Source: Octopus bimaculoides (Eukaryota). From it: DNA of 59,111 bases. The stretch's first letter is position 1; every line of letters starts with the position of its first letter. Location of the stretch: the NCBI RefSeq assembly GCF_001194135.2, contig NC_068998.1, forward strand, positions 5,037,676 to 5,096,786. Direction: 5' to 3'. The notes beneath the pieces were generated by a model. The model was not told the DNA's origin. It made no database searches and was given only the letters and a program-made list of their open reading frames with translations. Shown piece by piece: positions 53,209-59,111 of the stretch. Made by a program: the position numbers and the translations under genes.

Positions 53209-54364
53209 NNNNNNNNNNNNNNNNNNNNNNNNNNNNNNNNNNNNNNNNNNNNNNNNNNNNNNNNNNNNNNNNNNNNNNNNNNNNNNNNNNNNNNNNNNNN
53301 NNNNNNNNNNNNNNNNNNNNNNNNNNNNNNNNNNNNNNNNNNNNNNNNNNNNNNNNNNNNNNNNNNNNNNNNNNNNNNNNNNNNNNNNNNNNNNNNNNNN
53401 NNNNNNNNNNNNNNNNNNNNNNNNNNNNNNNNNNNNNNNNNNNNNNNNNNNNNNNNNNNNNNNNNNNNNNNNNNNNNNNNNNNNNNNNNNNNNNNNNNNN
53501 NNNNNNNNNNNNNNNNNNNNNNNNNNNNNNNNNNNNNNNNNNNNNNNNNNNNNNNNNNNNNNNNNNNNNNNNNNNNNNNNNNNNNNNNNNNNNNNNNNNN
53601 NNNNNNNNNNNNNNNNNNNNNNNNNNNNNNNNNNNNNNNNNNNNNNNNNNNNNNNNNNNNNNNNNNNNNNNNNNNNNNNNNNNNNNNNNNNNNNNNNNNN
53701 NNNNNNNNNNNNNNNNNNNNNNNNNNNNNNNNNNNNNNNNNNNNNNNNNNNNNNNNNNNNNNNNNNNNNNNNNNNNNNNNNNNNNNNNNNNNNNNNNNNN
53801 NNNNNNNNNNNNNNNNNNNNNNNNNNNNNNNNNNNNNNNNNNNNNNNNNNNNNNNNNNNNNNNNNNNNNNNNNNNNNNNNNNNNNNNNNNNNNNNNNNNN
53901 NNNNNNNNNNNNNNNNNNNNNNNNNNNNNNNNNNNNNNNNNNNNNNNNNNNNNNNNNNNNNNNNNNNNNNNNNNNNNNNNNNNNNNNNNNNNNNNNNNNN
54001 NNNNNNNNNNNNNNNNNNNNNNNNNNNNNNNNNNNNNNNNNNNNNNNNNNNNNNNNNNNNNNNNNNNNNNNNNNNNNNNNNNNNNNNNNNNNNNNNNNNN
54101 NNNNNNNNNNNNNNNNNNNNNNNNNNNNNNNNNNNNNNNNNNNNNNNNNNNNNNNNNNNNNNNNNNNNNNNNNNNNNNGGAAGACAGATTTACGGAGGCA
54201 AAGACGACGGAAGTCCTGATAGATAGGATGAAAATTAAGAGATATCATAAAGAGATATATGCATAAGTGAATGTTAATGTATCATAGACACATACACAGG
54301 CACACGCGAGCGCGTGCAGACATATACGCATGTATACATACGCATATATGCACGCGTTACACAC

Positions 54365-54417
<53 letters not shown>

Positions 54418-54717
54418 CAGAGAAGGAATAGTAGAATGATGGCGGTCATGAGTTGGCGATGGAATCGATAGAAGTGAAATGTAAGAAAAGAAGAGCTGAA
54501 AAGACAAGAGGAAAGTTAAGATGGCCAGAAATAGTTGGGGAGGGGGAAGAGGTTTGTTAGTGGTAAGAGGTGTGAGGGATAAGTGGGAGAGAGTGTCGGT
54601 CAGGGGGAGAGACAAAGAGAGACGATAAGGGGAGAAATGCATTGAAGGTAGGAGAAGAGAGAGAGAGTAAAGGCCAGGAGCAGATGAGACAGAGTAAGAC
54701 AAAGAGAAAGCCGAAAG

Positions 54718-55570
<853 letters not shown>

Positions 55571-55807
55571 GAGAGAGTAGACTGTGATTCTAGTGAGGTA
55601 GATGCGGACATAGGTGGTGTTGGAGGAGGTGGGTGGGAAACGTTGAATGAAAAGGGCCGTTTCTCTCCATGCATTGTCCTTGGAAGGGCGAAGAACGCTG
55701 ATTAGGTCTCTTCATTCATTGCAGCCGATAGATTCGTAAGGAACGATGTCATATCACATCCTACACACCGAACCACATGCCACCGCCACCGACGCCTTTG
55801 CGATTGC

Positions 55808-55868
<61 letters not shown>

Positions 55869-56309
55869 GGTGGTGGTGGTGGTGGTGGTCTTGGTGGTGC
55901 TGGTGGTGCTGGTGGTGTTGTTGTTGTTGTTGGTGGTGGTGATGATGATGATCATCATCATCATGAGTGGATTTTCGGCAATGCAGCGGTTTCTGTTGAT
56001 AATGGAACTGACAACGATGGTTTTGCTGCTGTAGATTTTGCAATTGTTTTACCCCAGCGTAAACCGGACTGAACAGATGTAAGCGAAAATATTTCAAGTC
56101 CGAGCACATAAAAACTCAACAAATCTGAAATCTGCATTGCCAATGTTTCATGTCATTTTAAATCACTTATTTACTGAGATAAGGTTACACTGTTAGGTGC
56201 GACAAAAAGATGACTGTGTAAGGCCTTACTGAAATACCTTTTAAAACAAGATTCTCACAACACATGCACACACGTACATACATACATACATATATACATA
56301 CATGCATAT

Positions 56310-56486
56310 TCCTTTATTCGTTTCAGTCATTTGACTGCGGCCATGCTAGAGCACCGCCTTTAGTCGAACAAATCGACCCCAGGATATATTCTTTGTAAGC
56401 CTAGTACTTATTCTATCGGTCTCTTTTTGCCGAACCGCTAAGTTACGGGGACATAAATACACCAGCATCGGTTATCAAGCGATGTT
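56310..56486 (-). mobile_element. SINE family B tail
   Basis: TTTCAGTCATTTGACTGCGGCCATGCTAGAGCACCGCC...GTTATCAAGCGATGTT, running into the gap. Confidence 0.9.
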
Positions 56487-56788
56487 NNNNNNNNNNNNNN
56501 NNNNNNNNNNNNNNNNNNNNNNNNNNNNNNNNNNNNNNNNNNNNNNNNNNNNNNNNNNNNNNNNNNNNNNNNNNNNNNNNNNNNNNNNNNNNNNNNNNNN
56601 NNNNNNNNNNNNNNNNNNNNNNNNNNNNNNNNNNNNNNNNNNNNNNNNNNNNNNNNNNNNNNNNNNNNNNNNNNNNNNNNNNNNNNNNNNNNNNNNNNNN
56701 NNNNNNNNNNNNNNNNNNNNNNNNNNNNNNNNNNNNNNNNNNNNNNNNNNNNNNNNNNNNNNNNNNNNNNNNNNNNNNNNNNNNNNNN

Positions 56789-56821
<33 letters not shown>

Positions 56822-56839
56822 CGTGAGTGTGCGCGCGTG

Positions 56840-57045
56840 CGTGTGTGTTTGTTCCTCCAACATCGCTTGACAACCGATGGTGGTGTGTTTACATCCCCGT
56901 AACTTAGCGGTTCGGGTAAAGTGACCGATAGAATAAGTGCTAGACTTACAAAGAATAAGTCCTGGGGTCGATTTGCTCGACTGAAGGCACTGCTCCAGCA
57001 TGGCCGCACTCAAATGACTGAAACAAATAAATGAACAAAAGAATA
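56840..57045 (+). mobile_element. SINE family B tail, inverted relative to 56310-56486
   Basis: AACATCGCTTGACAACCGATG...GGCCGCACTCAAATGACTGAAAC, preceded by (GT)n. Confidence 0.9.
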
Positions 57046-57073
57046 CAAGAATATATATATATACATACATTGT

Positions 57074-57118
<45 letters not shown>

Positions 57119-57631
57119 GAGAGAGAGAGAGAGACAGAGACAGAGAGAGAGAGAGACAGACAGAGACAGAGAGAGTGGGTGAGAAAGGTGTAGGTTATGA
57201 GAGGAAGTAGTTAAAGTGAGATTATAAAGAGAAAGAAAAGATTTATGACAGAAGGTGACAGAGATTGAGGGTGCGTGTGAAAGAAAGAGAGAGTGGGGAA
57301 CACTTCTGTAAATCGACAATTCTTTGCCCTGGGCTACACTAAACGAAATCTATAATATGCTTTTAACAAACCTATTTCCACTGATTGTCCACTAACTCCT
57401 CCTTTCCTTAATCTTCCAACCCCTTCCTCTTTTATTTGCAATATCTTCGCCATTTTCTTAGCAATAACGAATGTGCCATGAATATCTTGATCTCCTTGTC
57501 TCTCTCTGTCTCTCTCTGTCTCTCCGTCTGAAAGTCTGATTTTTCGGCATCTCACTGTCTTTCTGTCATTCATTCTCTATCTTGAATGTTCCTATACATA
57601 AAGAAATGTGTATTTATACATGCATACACAT

Positions 57632-57792
57632 CGCGTGGAACTTTCGTCGGTTACGACGACGAGGGTTCCAGTTGATGCGATCAACGGTACAACCTGCTCG
57701 TCCTGAGAGAGATTCGGCGTGACACAGAGTGTGACAAGGCTGGCTCTTTGAAATACAGGTACAACAGAAACAGGGAGAAAGTTGTGGTGAAA
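57632..57792 (-). mobile_element. SINE family C 3' fragment
   Basis: GAGATTCGGCGTGACACAGAGTGTGACAAGGCTGGCTCTTTGAAATACAGG matches 1229-1285. Confidence 0.8.
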
Positions 57793-57864
57793 AAAACATC
57801 CGCCCCTTTCCATATACATTAAGGACCCAGTACAGTAAGAAGGTTCAAGAGCACTCTGCGTTTG

Positions 57865-58075
57865 ACCCTTACTTGTTTCAGTCACTACACTACGGACATC
57901 CTGGGGCATCACTTTGAAGAATTTTAGTAACACAAATCGACATTCAGTACTACTCTCTTTCAACCTGGTACTTACTGCATCAGTCTTTTTTGCCGAACTA
58001 CTAAGTTACGTGCGTTTAAACATACCAACAACGGTTGTCAAGCTGTGGTGGGAGACAAGCACATACACCAAGACA
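57865..58075 (-). mobile_element. older SINE family B tail
   Basis: TTACTTGTTTCAGTCACT...TTTTGCCGAACTACTAAGTTACG...CGGTTGTCAAGC. Confidence 0.8.
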
Positions 58076-58085
58076 CCCACACATA

Positions 58086-58118
<33 letters not shown>

Positions 58119-59111
58119 NNNNNNNNNNNNNNNNNNNNNNNNNNNNNNNNNNNNNNNNNNNNNNNNNNNNNNNNNNNNNNNNNNNNNNNNNNNNNNNNNN
58201 NNNNNNNNNNNNNNNNNNNNNNNNNNNNNNNNNNNNNNNNNNNNNNNNNNNNNNNNNNNNNNNNNNNNNNNNNNNNNNNNNNNNNNNNNNNNNNNNNNNN
58301 NNNNNNNNNNNNNNNNNNNNNNNNNNNNNNNNNNNNNNNNNNNNNNNNNNNNNNNNNNNNNNNNNNNNNNNNNNNNNNNNNNNNNNNNNNNNNNNNNNNN
58401 NNNNNNNNNNNNNNNNNNNNNNNNNNNNNNNNNNNNNNNNNNNNNNNNNNNNNNNNNNNNNNNNNNNNNNNNNNNNNNNNNNNNNNNNNNNNNNNNNNNN
58501 NNNNNNNNNNNNNNNNNNNNNNNNNNNNNNNNNNNNNNNNNNNNNNNNNNNNNNNNNATATATATATCATCTTTTTAATTTTGGATGAGATAGATCGTTC
58601 TAATCAAATACGAAAACAATAGCAACAACATTATCAGCAACATACTCTTTTCTACTTCTACAATACTATACTACAATGACATTCGTAGTAACAATAACAA
58701 CAACAACAACAATAACGGCAAAAAAAAACAAAAACAAAATAGGACCGAACGGCAAATAACAAACATACAAACAACCGAAAAGAAAATGGCGCCTATTTTA
58801 GTGAAAATGGCGTCATATTGTAAAAAAGGTCCGCCAGCAATATATGAGTTAGCAATATGTGAAAACATATGTTATTGTCATTAATTAGATCATTCATTTG
58901 TTAGCTGCCTTTCAAGCAAAGAACTTTTGCTGTGAACATCGTCACAATTTTTCATTTAATTGCTTCAAGCGTTTTACCCTCATTCCTTGCTTCTTCTTCT
59001 CTCTTCATTTTTACGTCTTTCATTGCCGCCATTTATTTCTTTTTTCTTTTATTTTAGGTATTTTTTTCTTTTGTTTCTTGATTTATTTAAACATTTTTCA
59101 TTATATATATA

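Overview
Repeat-saturated animal genomic DNA from a gapped short-read assembly (about 26 larger N-runs, roughly 10.5 kb or 18% of the window, nearly all bordered by microsatellites). The extreme (AC)n/(AT)n/(GATA)n/(ATT)n/(ATC)n density plus four interspersed tRNA-derived SINE families, two with a CORE-like box, point to a coleoid cephalopod, most likely Octopus (inference). No complete protein-coding gene is visible, and almost every ORF in the track is a microsatellite or N-run artefact. Recognisable content: about 25 SINE copies or fragments; two decayed restriction-like-endonuclease (RLE) non-LTR retrotransposon fragments (R4/Dong/Rex6-like at 12.8-13.0 kb, HERO-like at 23.8-24.1 kb); a Helentron/HINE-like element at 30.7-31.1 kb; a Penelope-type minimal hammerhead ribozyme on the minus strand at 27.9 kb and a second, decayed one at 22.15 kb; and three phase-compatible plus-strand exons with two in-frame TAA codons in a microsatellite-free island at 21.2-22.0 kb. 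Weaker signals: small minus-strand exon candidates, two close inverted SINE pairs (possible dsRNA), and a novel 50-bp hairpin repeat present twice. All alignments and folds were done by eye, family labels A-D are mine, and no database was searched.
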